Shown here piece after piece: positions 9,960-24,900 of a DNA stretch of 64,000 nucleotides. The position numbers and the translations under genes are program-made. The stretch is from NCBI RefSeq assembly GCF_009914755.1, contig NC_060927.1; one strand, 5' to 3'. Below the pieces are notes generated by a model that saw only the letters and a program-made list of their open reading frames with translations, was not told where the DNA came from and did not search any database. Origin of the DNA: the human T2T-CHM13v2.0 reference genome, Homo sapiens. Within the stretch, counting starts at the first letter, position 1; each line of letters opens with the position of its first letter.

Positions 9960-12900
9960 AAGCTTCAACTCTGTGAGTTGAATACCCACAACCCAAAGAA
10001 GTTACTGAGAATTCTTCTGTCTAGCATTATATGAAGAAATCCCGTTTCCAACGAGGCCTCAAATACATCCAAATATCCAGTTGCTGACTTTACAAACTGA
10101 GTGTTTCCAAACTGCTCTATGAAAAGAAAGGTTAAACACTGTGAGTTGAACACACACGTACCAAAGTAGTTTCTGAGAATGATTCTGTCTAGTTTGCATA
10201 CGAAGATATTTCCTTTTCTACCATTGGCCTCAAAGCTCTGAAATCTCCACTTGCAAATTCCACAAAAAGAGAGTTTCAAATCTGCTGTTTCTAAAGGAAA
10301 GTTCAACTCTGAGAGTTGAATACACACCAGAAAAAGCAGTTACTGAGAAGTCTTCTGTCTAGCATTATATGAAGAAATCCCATTTCCAACGAAGACTTCA
10401 AAGAGGTCCAAATATCCACTTGCAGATTCTGCAAAAAGAGTGTTTCGAAACAACTGTATGAAAAGAAAGGTTAAACACTGTGAGTTGAACGCACACATTG
10501 CAAAGCAGTTTCTGAGAATGATTCCGTCTAATTATTATACGAAGGTATTTCCTTTTCTATCATTGGCCTCAAAGCGCTTGATACCTCCACCTGAAAATTC
10601 CACAAAAAGAGTGTTTCCAATCTACTCTGTCTAAAGGAACGTTCAACTCTGTGAGTTGAATACACACACACAGAAAGAATTCACTGAGAATTCTTCTGTC
10701 TGGCATTACATGAAGAAATCCCGTTTCCAACGAAGGCCTCAAAGAGGTCCAAATATCCACTTGCAGATTCTGCAAAAAGAGTGTTTCAAAACCGCTCCAT
10801 TAAAAGGAATGTTGAACTCTGTGAGTTGAATGCAAACATCACAACTCAGTTTCTGAGAATGCTTCTGACTAGATTTTATGGTAAGATATTTCCTTTTCTA
10901 CCGTAGGCTTCAATGCCCTCTAAATACACCCTTGCAAATTCTACAAAGAGACTGTTTCATAACTGCTCTATAGGAAGAAAAGTTCAACTCTGTGAGTTGA
11001 ATGCAGAGATCACAACGTGGTTTCTGCGAATGATTCTTTGTAGTTTTTACATGAAGATATTTCGTTGTCAACCGTAGGCTTCAAAGCACTCAAAGTATTC
11101 ACTTGGAACTTTTACAAAAAGAGTGTTAGAAAACTGCTCTTTCCAAAGTAAGGTTCAACTCTGTGAGTTGAATGCACACATAACAATCAAGAAGTTTCTG
11201 AGAATTCTTCTGTCCTGGTTTATATGAAAAAATCCCGTTTCCAACGAAGGCCTCAAAGACGTTTAAATATCCACTTGCAGACTTCACAAACAGAGGGTTT
11301 CCAAACTGCTCTATGAAAAGAAAGGTTAAACTCTGTGAGTTGAACGCACACATCACAAAGTAGCTTCTGAGAATGATACTGTCTAGTTTTTATACGAAGA
11401 TATTTCCTTTCTACCATTGGCGTCAAAGCGCTAGAATTCTCCACTTGCAAAATCCACAAAAAGAGTGTTTCCAATCTGCTCTGTGTAAAGGAAGGTTCAA
11501 CTCTGTGAGTTGAATACACACACACAAAGAAGCTACTGAGAATTCTTTTGTCAAGAATTATAAGAAGAAATCCCGTTTCCAACGAAGGCCTCAAAGAGTT
11601 CCAAATATCCACTTGCACACTGCACAAACTAAGTCTTTCCAAACTGCTCTATGCAAAGAAATGTTCAACTCTGTGAGTTTAATACGCACATCACAAAGCA
11701 GTTTCTGAGAATGATACTGTCTAGTTTTTATACGAAGATATTTCCTTTTGTACCATTGGCCTCATACTGCTAGAATTTTCCACTTGCAAATTCCACAAAA
11801 AGAGTGTTTCCAATCCGCTCTGTCTAAAGGAAGGTTCAACTCTCTGATTTGAATACATACATCCCAAAAGAAGTTACTGAGAATTCTTCTGTCTAGCATT
11901 ATGTGAAGAAATCCCGTTTCCAACGAAAGCCTCAAAGAGGTCCAAATATCCAGTTGCAGAATTTACAAACTGACTGTTTCCAAACTCATCTATGAAAAGA
12001 AAGGTTGAACTCTGGGAGTTGAATGCACATATCACAAAGTAGTTCCTGAGAATGATTCTGTCTAGTTTTCATACGAAGATATTTCCTTTTCCACCAATGG
12101 CCTCAAAGTGCTTGAAATCTCCCCTTGCAAATTCCACAGACAAGTGTTTCAAATCTGCACTGTCTAAAGGAAGGTTCAACCCTGTGAGTTGAATACACAC
12201 ACACAGAAAAAAATTCACTGAGAATTCTATTGTCTATCATTACACGAAGAAATCCCGTTTACTACGAAGGCCTCAAAGAGGTCCAAATATCCAGCTGCAG
12301 ACATTACAAACTGAGTGTTTCCAAAGTGCTCTATGAAAAGAAGTGTTAAACACTGTGAGTTCAATGCACACATCCCAAAGCAGTTTCTGAGAATGATTCC
12401 GTCTATTTTTTCTACAAAGATATTTCCTTTTCTGCCGTTGGCCTCAAAGCGCTTGAAATCTCCACTTGCAAATTCCACAAAAAGAGAGTTTCAAATCTGC
12501 TCTGTCTAAAGGAAGGTTCAACTCTGTGAGTTGAATACACACCACAAAAAGAAGTTACTGAGAATTCTTCTGTCTAGCATTATATGAAAAATCCCGTTTC
12601 CAACGAAGGCCACAAAGAGGTCCAAATATCCACTTGCAGATTCTGCAAAAAGAGTGTTTCCAAACTGCTCTATGAAAAGAAACGTTAAACTCTGTGAGTT
12701 GAACGCAAACATCACAAAGTAGTTTCTGAGAATGACTCCGTCTAGTTTTTATACGAAGATATTTCCTTTCCTACCATTCACTTCAAAGCGCTTGACGTCT
12801 CCCCCTGAAAATTCCACAAAAAGTGTTTCCAATCTGCTCCGCCTAAAGGAAGCTTCAACTCTGTGAGTTGAATACCCACAACCCAAAGAAGTTACTGAGA

Positions 12901-15900
12901 ATTCTTCTGTCTAGCATTATATGAAGAAATCCCGTTTCCAACGAAGGCCTCAAATACATCCAAATATCCAGTTGCTGACTTTACAAACTGAGTGTTTCCA
13001 AACTGCTCTATGAAAAGAAAGGTTAAACACTGTGAGTTGAACACACACGTACCAAAGTAGTTTCTGAGAATGATTCTGTCTAGTTTGCATACGAAGATAT
13101 TTCCTTTTCTACCATTGGCCTCAAAGCTCTGAAATCTCCACTTGCAAATTCCACAAAAAGAGAGTTTCAAATCTGCTGTTTCTAAAGGAAAGTTCATCTC
13201 TGGGAGTTGAATACACACCAGAAAAAGCAGTTACTGAGAAGTCTTCTGTCTAGCATTATATGAAGAAATCCCATTTCCAACGAAGACTTCAAAGAGGTCC
13301 AAATATCCACTTGCAGATTCTGCAAAAAGAGTGTTTCGAAACAACTGTATGAAAAGAAAGGTTAAACACTGTGAGTTGAACGCACACATTGCAAAGCAGT
13401 TTCTGAGAATGATTCCGTCTAATTATTATACGAAGGTATTTCCTTTTCTATCATTGGCCTCAAAGCGCTTGATACCTCCACCTGAAAATTCCACAAAAAG
13501 AGTGTTTCCAATCTACTCTGTCTAAAGGAACGTTCAACTCTGTGAGTTGAATACACACACACAGAAAGAATTCACTGAGAATTCTTCTGTCTGGCATTAC
13601 ATGAAGAAATCCCGTTTCCAACGAAGGCCTCAAAGAGGTCCAAATATCCACTTGCAGATTCTGCAAAAAGAGTGTTTCAAAACCGCTCCATTAAAAGGAA
13701 TGTTGAACTCTGTGAGTTGAATGCAAACATCACAACTCAGTTGCTGAGAATGCTTCTGACTAGATTTTATGGTAAGATATTTCCTTTTCTACCGTAGGCT
13801 TCAATGCCCTCTAAATACACCCTTGCAAATTCTACAAAGAGACTGTTTCATAACTGCTCTATAGGAAGAAAGGTTCAACTCTGTGAGTTGAATGCAGAGA
13901 TCACAACGTGGTTTCTGCGAATGATTCTTTGTAGTTTTTACATGAAGATATTTCGTTGTCAACCGTAGGCTTCAAAGCACTCAAAGTATTCACTTGGAAC
14001 TTTTACAAAAAGAGTGTTAGAAAACTGCTCTTTCCAAAGTAAGGTTCAACTCTGTGAGTTGAATGCACACATAACAATCAAGAAGTTTCTGAGAATTCTT
14101 CTGTCCTGGTTTATATGAAAAAATCCCGTTTCCAACGAAGGCCTCAAAGACGTTTAAATATCCACTTGCAGACTTCACAAACAGAGGGTTTCCAAACTGC
14201 TCTATGAAAAGAAAGGTTAAACTCTGTGAGTTGAACGCACACATCACAAAGTAGCTTCTGAGAATGATACTGTCTAGTTTTTATACGAAGATATTTCCTT
14301 TCTACCATTGGCGTCAAAGCGCTAGAATTCTCCACTTGCAAATTCCACAAAAAGAGTGTTTCCAATCTGCTCTGTCTAAAGGAAGGTTCAACTCTGTGAG
14401 TTGAATACACACACACAAAGAAGCTACTGAGAATTCTTTTGTCAAGAATTATAAGAAGAAATCCCGTTTCCAACGAAGGCCTCAAAGAGTTCCAAATATC
14501 CACTTGCACACTGCACAAACTAAGTCTTTCCAAACTGCTCTATGCAAAGAAATGTTCAACTCTGTGAGTTTAATACGCACATCACAAAGCAGTTTCTGAG
14601 AATGATACTGTCTAGTTTTTATACGAAGATATTTCCTTTTGTACCATTGGCCTCATACTGCTAGAATTTTCCACTTGCAAATTCCACAAAAAGAGTGTTT
14701 CCAATCCGCTCTGTCTAAAGGAAGGTTCAACTCTCTGATTTGAATACATACATCCCAAAAGAAGTTACTGAGAATTCTTCTGTCTAGCATTATGTGAAGA
14801 AATCCCGTTTCCAACGAAAGCCTCAAAGAGGTCCAAATATCCAGTTGCAGAATTTACAAACTGACTGTTTCCAAACTCATCTATGAAAAGAAAGGTTGAA
14901 CTCTGTGAGTTGAATGCACATATCACAAAGTAGTTCCTGAGAATGATTCTGTCTAGTTTTCATACGAAGATATTTCCTTTTCCACCAATGGCCTCAAAGT
15001 GCTTGAAATCTCCCCTTGCAAATTCCACAGACAAGTGTTTCAAATCTGCACTGTCTAAAGGAAGGTTCAACCCTGTGAGTTGAATACACACACACAGAAA
15101 AAAATTCACTGAGAATTCTATTGTCTATCATTACACGAAGAAATCCCGTTTACTACGAAGGCCTCAAAGAGGTCCAAATATCCAGCTGCAGACATTACAA
15201 ACTGAGTGTTTCCAAAGTGCTCTATGAAAAGAAGTGTTAAACACTGTGAGTTCAATGCACACATCCCAAAGCAGTTTCTGAGAATGATTCCGTCTATTTT
15301 TTCTACGAAGATATTTCCTTTTCTGCCGTTGGCCTCAAAGCGCTTGAAATCTCCACTTGCAAATTCCACAAAAAGAGAGTTTCAAATCTGCTCTGTCTAA
15401 AGGAAGGTTCAACTCTGTGAGTTGAATACACACCACAAAAAGAAGTTACTGAGAAGTCTTCTGTCTAGCATTATATGAAAAATCCCGTTTCCAACGAAGG
15501 CCACAAAGAGGTCCAAATATCCACTTGCAGATTCTGCAAAAAGAGTGTTTCCAAACTGCTCTATGAAAAGAAACGTTAAACTCTGTGAGTTGAACGCAAA
15601 CATCACAAAGTAGTTTCTGAGAATGACTCCGTCTAGTTTTTATACGAAGATATTTCCTTTCCTACCATTCACTTCAAAGCGCTTGAAGTCTCCCCCTGAA
15701 AATTCCACAAAAAGTGTTTCCAATCTGCTCCGCCTAAAGGAAGCTTCAACTCTGTGAGTTGAATACCCACAACCCAAAGAAGTTACTGAGAATTCTTCTG
15801 TCTAGCATTATATGTAGAAATCCCGTTTCCAACGAAGGCCTCAAATACATCCAAATATCCAGTTGCTGACTTTACAAACTGAGTGTTTCCAAACTGCTCT

Positions 15901-18900
15901 ATGAAAAGAAAGGTTAAACACTTTGAGTTGAACACACAAGTACCAAAGTAGTTTCTGAGAATGATTCTGTCTAGTTTGCATACGAAGATATTTCCTTTTC
16001 TACCATTGGCCTCAAAGCTCTGAAATCTCCACTTGCAAATTCCACAAAAAGAGAGTTTCAAATCTGCTGTTTCTAAAGGAAAGTTCAACTCTGAGAGTTG
16101 AATACACACCAGAAAAAGCAGTTACTGAGAAGTCTTCTGTCTAGCATTATATGAAGAAATCCCATTTCCAACGAAGACTTCAAAGAGGTCCAAATATCCA
16201 CTTGCAGATTCTGCAAAAAGAGTGTTTCGAAACAACTGTATGAAAAGAAAGGTTAAACACTGTGAGTTGAACGCACACATTGCAAAGCAGTTTCTGAGAA
16301 TGATTCCGTCTAATTATTATACGAAGGTATTTCCTTTTCTATCATTGGCCTCAAAGCGCTTGATACCTCCACATGAAAATTCCACAAAAAGAGTGTTTCC
16401 AATCTACTCTGTCTAAAGGAACGTTCAACTCTGTGAGTTGAATACACACACACAGAAAGAATTCACTGAGAATTCTTCTGTCTGGCATTACATGAAGAAA
16501 TCCCGTTTCCAACGAAGGCCTCAAAGAGGTCCAAATATCCACTTGCAGATTCTGCAAAAAGAGTGTTTCAAAACCGCTCCATTAAAAGGAATGTTGAACT
16601 CTGTGAGTTGAATGCAAACATCACAACTCAGTTTCTGAGAATGCTTCTGACTAGATTTTATGGTAAGATATTTCCTTTTCTACCGTAGGCTTCAATGCCC
16701 TCTAAATACACCCTTGCAAATTCTACAAAGAGACTGTTTCATAACTGCTCTATAGGAAGAAAGGTTCAACTCTGTGAGTTGAATGCAGAGATCACAACGT
16801 GGTTTCTGCGAATGATTCTTTGTAGTTTTTACATGAAGATATTTCGTTGTCAACCGTAGGCTTCAAAGCACTCAAAGTATTCACTTGGAACTTTTACAAA
16901 AAGAGTGTTAGAAAACTGCTCTTTCCAAAGTAAGGTTCAACTCTGTGAGTTGAATGCACACATAACAATCAAGAAGTTTCTGAGAATTCTTCTGTCCTGG
17001 TTTATATGAAAAAATCCCGTTTCCAACGAAGGCCTCAAAGACGTTTAAATATCCACTTGCAGACTTCACAAACAGAGGGTTTCCAAACTGCTCTATGAAA
17101 AGAAAGGTTAAACTCTGTGAGTTGAACGCACACATCACAAAGTAGCTTCTGAGAATGATACAGTCTAGTTTTTATACGAAGATATTTCCTTTCTACCATT
17201 GGCGTCAAAGCGCTAGAATTCTCCACTTGCAAATTCCACAAAAAGAGTGTTTCCAATCTGCTCTGTCTAAAGGAAGGTTCAACTCTGTGAGTTGAATACA
17301 CACACACAAAGAAGCTACTGAGAATTCTTTTGTCAAGAATTATAAGAAGAAATCCCATTTCCAACGAAGGCCTCAAAGAGTTCCAAATATCCACTTGCAC
17401 ACTGCACAAACTAAGTCTTTCCAAACTGCTCTATGCAAAGAAATGTTCAACTCTGTGAGTTTAATACGCACATCACAAAGCAGTTTCTGAGAATGATACT
17501 GTCTAGTTTTTATACGAAGATATTTCCTTTTGTACCATTGGCCTCATACTGCTAGAATTTTCCACTTGCAAATTCCACAAAAAGAGTGTTTCCAATCCGC
17601 TCTGTCTAAAGGAAGGTTCAACTCTCTGATTTGAATACATACATCCCAAAAGAAGTTACTGAGAATTCTTCTGTCTAGCATTATGTGAAGAAATCCCGTT
17701 TCCAACGAAAGCCTCAAAGAGGTCCAAATATCCAGTTGCAGAATTTACAAACTGACTGTTTCCAAACTCATCTATGAAAAGAAAGGTTGAACTCTGGGAG
17801 TTGAATGCACATATCACAAAGTAGTTCCTGAGAATGATTCTGTCTAGTTTTCATACGAAGATATTTCCTTTTCCACCAATGGCCTCAAAGTGCTTGAAAT
17901 CTCCCCTTGCAAATTCCACAGACAAGTGTTTCAAATCTGCACTGTCTAAAGGAAGGTTCAACCCTGTGAGTTGAATACACACACACAGAAAAAAATTCAC
18001 TGAGAATTCTATTGTCTATCATTACACGAAGAAATCCCGTTTACTACGAAGGCCTCAAAGAGGTCCAAATATCCAGCTGCAGACATTACAAACTGAGTGT
18101 TTCCAAAGTGCTCTATGAAAAGAAGTGTTAAACACTGTGAGTTCAATGCACACATCCCAAAGCAGTTTCTGAGAATGATTCCGTCTATTTTTTCTACGAA
18201 GATATTTCCTTTTCTGCCGTTGGCCTCAAAGCGCTTGAAATCTCCACTTGCAAATTCCACAAAAAGAGAGTTTCAAATCTGCTCTGTCTAAAGGAAGGTT
18301 CAACTCTGTGAGTTGAATACACACCACAAAAAGAAGTTACTGAGAATTCTTCTGTCTAGCATTATATGAAAAATCCCGTTTCCAACGAAGGCCACAAAGA
18401 GGTCCAAATATCCACTTGCAGATTCTGCAAAAAGAGTGTTTCCAAACTGCTCTATGAAAAGAAACGTTAAACTCTGTGAGTTGAACGCAAACATCACAAA
18501 GTAGTTTCTGAGAATGACTCCGTCTAGTTTTTATACGAAGATATTTCCTTTCCTACCATTCACTTCAAAGCGCTTGAAGTCTCCCCCTGAAAATTCCACA
18601 AAAAGTGTTTCCAATCTGCTCCGCCTAAAGGAAGCTTCAACTCTGTGAGTTGAATACCCACAACCCAAAGAAGTTACTGAGAATTCTTCTGTCTAGCATT
18701 ATATGAAGAAATCCCGTTTCCAACGAAGGCCTCAAATACATCCAAATATCCAGTTGCTGACTTTACAAACTGAGTGTTTCCAAACTGCTCTATGAAAAGA
18801 AAGGTTAAACACTGTGAGTTGAACACACACGTACCAAAGTAGTTTCTGAGAATGATTCTGTCTAGTTTGCATACGAAGATATTTCCTTTTCTACCATTGG

Positions 18901-21900
18901 CCTCAAAGCTCTGAAATCTCCACTTGCAAATTCCACAAAAAGAGAGTTTCAAATCTGCTGTTTCTAAAGGAAAGTTCAACTCTGAGAGTTGAATACACAC
19001 CAGAAAAAGCAGTTACTGAGAAGTCTTCTGTCTAGCATTATATGAAGAAATCCCATTTCCAACGAAGACTTCAAAGAGGTCCAAATATCCACTTGCAGAT
19101 TCTGCAAAAAGAGTGTTTCGAAACAACTGTATGAAAAGAAAGGTTAAACACTGTGAGTTGAACGCACACATTGCAAAGCAGTTTCTGAGAATGATTCCGT
19201 CTAATTATTATACGAAGGTATTTCCTTTTCTATCATTGGCCTCAAAGCGCTTGATACCTCCACCTGAAAATTCCACAAAAAGAGTGTTTCCAATCTACTC
19301 TGTCTAAAGGAACGTTCAACTCTGTGAGTTGAATACACACACACAGAAAGAATTCACTGAGAATTCTTCTGTCTGGCATTACATGAAGAAATCCCGTTTC
19401 CAACGAAGGCCTCAAAGAGGTCCAAATATCCACTTGCAGATTCTGCAAAAAGAGTGTTTCAAAACCGCTCCATTAAAAGGAATGTTGAACTCTGTGAGTT
19501 GAATGCAAACATCACAACTCAGTTTCTGAGAATGCTTCTGACTAGATTTTATGGTAAGATATTTCCTTTTCTACCGTAGGCTTCAATGCCCTCTAAATAC
19601 ACCCTTGCAAATTCTACAAAGAGACTGTTTCATAACTGCTCTATAGGAAGAAAAGTTCAACTCTGTGAGTTGAATGCAGAGATCACAACGTGGTTTCTGC
19701 GAATGATTCTTTGTAGTTTTTACATGAAGATATTTCGTTGTCAACCGTAGGCTTCAAAGCACTCAAAGTATTCACTTGGAACTTTTACAAAAAGAGTGTT
19801 AGAAAACTGCTCTTTCCAAAGTAAGGTTCAACTCTGTGAGTTGAATGCACACATAACAATCAAGAAGTTTCTGAGAATTCTTCTGTCCTGGTTTATATGA
19901 AAAAATCCCGTTTCCAACGAAGGCCTCAAAGACGTTTAAATATCCAATTGCAGACTTCACAAACAGAGGGTTTCCAAACTGCTCTATGAAAAGAAAGGTT
20001 AAACTCTGTGAGTTGAACGCACACATCACAAAGTAGCTTCTGAGAATGATACTGTCTAGTTTTTATACGAAGATATTTCCTTTCTACCATTGGCGTCAAA
20101 GCGCTAGAATTCTCCACTTGCAAAATCCACAAAAAGAGTGTTTCCAATCTGCTCTGTCTAAAGGAAGGTTCAACTCTGTGAGTTGAATACACACACACAA
20201 AGAAGCTACTGAGAATTCTTTTGTCAAGAATTATAAGAAGAAATCCCGTTTCCAACGAAGGCCTCAAAGAGTTCCAAATATCCACTTGCACACTGCACAA
20301 ACTAAGTCTTTCCAAACTGCTCTATGCAAAGAAATGTTCAACTCTGTGAGTTTAATACGCACATCACAAAGCAGTTTCTGAGAATGATACTGTCTAGTTT
20401 TTATACGAAGATATTTCCTTTTGTACCATTGGCCTCATACTGCTAGAATTTTCCACTTGCAAATTCCACAAAAAGAGTGTTTCCAATCCGCTCTGTCTAA
20501 AGGAAGGTTCAACTCTCTGATTTGAATACATACATCCCAAAAGAAGTTACTGAGAATTCTTCTGTCTAGCATTATGTGAAGAAATCCCGTTTCCAACGAA
20601 AGCCTCAAAGAGGTCCAAATATCCAGTTGCAGAATTTACAAACTGACTGTTTCCAAACTCATCTATGAAAAGAAAGGTTGAACTCTGGGAGTTGAATGCA
20701 CATATCACAAAGTAGTTCCTGAGAATGATTCTGTCTAGTTTTCATACGAAGATATTTCCTTTTCCACCAATGGCCTCAAAGTGCTTGAAATCTCCCCTTG
20801 CAAATTCCACAGACAAGTGTTTCAAATCTGCACTGTCTAAAGGAAGGTTCAACCCTGTGAGTTGAATACACACACACAGAAAAAAATTCACTGAGAATTC
20901 TATTGTCTATCATTACACGAAGAAATCCCGTTTACTACGAAGGCCTCAAAGAGGTCCAAATATCCAGCTGCAGACATTACAAACTGAGTGTTTCCAAAGT
21001 GCTCTATGAAAAGAAGTGTTAAACACTGTGAGTTCAATGCACACATCCCAAAGCAGTTTCTGAGAATGATTCCGTCTATTTTTTCTACAAAGATATTTCC
21101 TTTTCTGCCGTTGGCCTCAAAGCGCTTGAAATCTCCACTTGCAAATTCCACAAAAAGAGAGTTTCAAATCTGCTCTGTCTAAAGGAAGGTTCAACTCTGT
21201 GAGTTGAATACACACCACAAAAAGAAGTTACTGAGAATTCTTCTGTCTAGCATTATATGAAAAATCCCGTTTCCAACGAAGGCCACAAAGAGGTCCAAAT
21301 ATCCACTTGCAGATTCTGCAAAAAGAGTGTTTCCAAACTGCTCTATGAAAAGAAACGTTAAACTCTGTGAGTTGAACGCAAACATCACAAAGTAGTTTCT
21401 GAGAATGACTCCGTCTAGTTTTTATACGAAGATATTTCCTTTCCTACCATTCACTTCAAAGCGCTTGACGTCTCCCCCTGAAAATTCCACAAAAAGTGTT
21501 TCCAATCTGCTCCGCCTAAAGGAAGCTTCAACTCTGTGACTTGAATACCCACAACCCAAAGAAGTTACTGAGAATTCTTCTGTCTAGCATTATATGAAGA
21601 AATCCCGTTTCCAACGAAGGCCTCAAATACATCCAAATATCCAGTTGCTGACTTTACAAACTGAGTGTTTCCAAACTGCTCTATGAAAAGAAAGGTTAAA
21701 CACTGTGAGTTGAACACACACGTACCAAAGTAGTTTCTGAGAATGATTCTGTCTAGTTTGCATACGAAGATATTTCCTTTTCTACCATTGGCCTCAAAGC
21801 TCTGAAATCTCCACTTGCAAATTCCACAAAAAGAGAGTTTCAAATCTGCTGTTTCTAAAGGAAAGTTCAACTCTGGGAGTTGAATACACACCAGAAAAAG

Positions 21901-24900
21901 CAGTTACTGAGAAGTCTTCTGTCTAGCATTATATGAAGAAATCCCATTTCCAACGAAGACTTCAAAGAGGTCCAAATATCCACTTGCAGATTCTGCAAAA
22001 AGAGTGTTTCGAAACAACTGTATGAAAAGAAAGGTTAAACACTGTGAGTTGAACGCACACATTGCAAAGCAGTTTCTGAGAATGATTCCGTCTAATTATT
22101 ATACGAAGGTATTTCCTTTTCTATCATTGGCCTCAAAGCGCTTGATACCTCCACCTGAAAATTCCACAAAAAGAGTGTTTCCAATCTACTCTGTCTAAAG
22201 GAACGTTCAACTCTGTGAGTTGAATACACACACACAGAAAGAATTCACTGAGAATTCTTCTGTCTGGCATTACATGAAGAAATCCCGTTTCCAACGAAGG
22301 CCTCAAAGAGGTCCAAATATCCACTTGCAGATTCTGCAAAAAGAGTGTTTCAAAACCGCTCCATTAAAAGGAATGTTGAACTCTGTGAGTTGAATGCAAA
22401 CATCACAACTCAGTTGCTGAGAATGCTTCTGACTAGATTTTATGGTAAGATATTTCCTTTTCTACCGTAGGCTTCAATGCCCTCTAAATACACCCTTGCA
22501 AATTCTACAAAGAGACTGTTTCATAACTGCTCTATAGGAAGAAAGGTTCAACTCTGTGAGTTGAATGCAGAGATCACAACGTGGTTTCTGCGAATGATTC
22601 TTTGTAGTTTTTACATGAAGATATTTCGTTGTCAACCGTAGGCTTCAAAGCACTCAAAGTATTCACTTGGAACTTTTACAAAAAGAGTGTTAGAAAACTG
22701 CTCTTTCCAAAGTAAGGTTCAACTCTGTGAGTTGAATGCACACATAACAATCAAGAAGTTTCTGAGAATTCTTCTGTCCTGGTTTATATGAAAAAATCCC
22801 GTTTCCAACGAAGGCCTCAAAGACGTTTAAATATCCACTTGCAGACTTCACAAACAGAGGGTTTCCAAACTGCTCTATGAAAAGAAAGGTTAAACTCTGT
22901 GAGTTGAACGCACACATCACAAAGTAGCTTCTGAGAATGATACTGTCTAGTTTTTATACGAAGATATTTCCTTTCTACCATTGGCGTCAAAGCGCTAGAA
23001 TTCTCCACTTGCAAATTCCACAAAAAGAGTGTTTCCAATCTGCTCTGTCTAAAGGAAGGTTCAACTCTGTGAGTTGAATACACACACACAAAGAAGCTAC
23101 TGAGAATTCTTTTGTCAAGAATTATAAGAAGAAATCCCGTTTCCAACGAAGGCCTCAAAGAGTTCCAAATATCCACTTGCACACTGCACAAACTAAGTCT
23201 TTCCAAACTGCTCTATGCAAAGAAATGTTCAACTCTGTGAGTTTAATACGCACATCACAAAGCAGTTTCTGAGAATGATACTGTCTAGTTTTTATACGAA
23301 GATATTTCCTTTTGTACCATTGGCCTCATACTGCTAGAATTTTCCACTTGCAAATTCCACAAAAAGAGTGTTTCCAATCCGCTCTGTCTAAAGGAAGGTT
23401 CAACTCTCTGATTTGAATACATACATCCCAAAAGAAGTTACTGAGAATTCTTCTGTCTAGCATTATGTGAAGAAATCCCGTTTCCAACGAAAGCCTCAAA
23501 GAGGTCCAAATATCCAGTTGCAGAATTTACAAACTGACTGTTTCCAAACTCATCTATGAAAAGAAAGGTTGAACTCTGGGAGTTGAATGCACATATCACA
23601 AAGTAGTTCCTGAGAATGATTCTGTCTAGTTTTCATACGAAGATATTTCCTTTTCCACCAATGGCCTCAAAGTGCTTGAAATCTCCCCTTGCAAATTCCA
23701 CAGACAAGTGTTTCAAATCTGCACTGTCTAAAGGAAGGTTCAACCCTGTGAGTTGAATACACACACACAGAAAAAAATTCACTGAGAATTCTATTGTCTA
23801 TCATTACACGAAGAAATCCCGTTTACTACGAAGGCCTCAAAGAGGTCCAAATATCCAGCTGCAGACATTACAAACTGAGTGTTTCCAAAGTGCTCTATGA
23901 AAAGAAGTGTTAAACACTGTGAGTTCAATGCACACATCCCAAAGCAGTTTCTGAGAATGATTCCGTCTATTTTTTCTACGAAGATATTTCCTTTTCTGCC
24001 GTTGGCCTCAAAGCGCTTGAAATCTCCACTTGCAAATTCCACAAAAAGAGAGTTTCAAATCTGCTCTGTCTAAAGGAAGGTTCAACTCTGTGAGTTGAAT
24101 ACACACCACAAAAAGAAGTTACTGAGAAGTCTTCTGTCTAGCATTATATGAAAAATCCCGTTTCCAACGAAGGCCACAAAGAGGTCCAAATATCCACTTG
24201 CAGATTCTGCAAAAAGAGTGTTTCCAAACTGCTCTATGAAAAGAAACGTTAAACTCTGTGAGTTGAACGCAAACATCACAAAGTAGTTTCTGAGAATGAC
24301 TCCGTCTAGTTTTTATACGAAGATATTTCCTTTCCTACCATTCACTTCAAAGCGCTTGAAGTCTCCCCCTGAAAATTCCACAAAAAGTGTTTCCAATCTG
24401 CTCCGCCTAAAGGAAGCTTCAACTCTGTGAGTTGAATACCCACAACCCAAAGAAGTTACTGAGAATTCTTCTGTCTAGCATTATATGAAGAAATCCCGTT
24501 TCCAACGAAGGCCTCAAATACATCCAAATATCCAGTTGCTGACTTTACAAACTGAGTGTTTCCAAACTGCTCTATGAAAAGAAAGGTTAAACACTTTGAG
24601 TTGAACACACACGTACCAAAGTAGTTTCTGAGAATGATTCTGTCTAGTTTGCATACGAAGATATTTCCTTTTCTACCATTGGCCTCAAAGCTCTGAAATC
24701 TCCACTTGCAAATTCCACAAAAAGAGAGTTTCAAATCTGCTGTTTCTAAAGGAAAGTTCAACTCTGAGAGTTGAATACACACCAGAAAAAGCAGTTACTG
24801 AGAAGTCTTCTGTCTAGCATTATATGAAGAAATCCCATTTCCAACGAAGACTTCAAAGAGGTCCAAATATCCACTTGCAGATTCTGCAAAAAGAGTGTTT

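Noticed and set aside
9965-10327. Longer 120-aa ORF unique to this unit
   Set aside because: It is produced by the 1-bp deletion near 10054 fusing two spurious frames.
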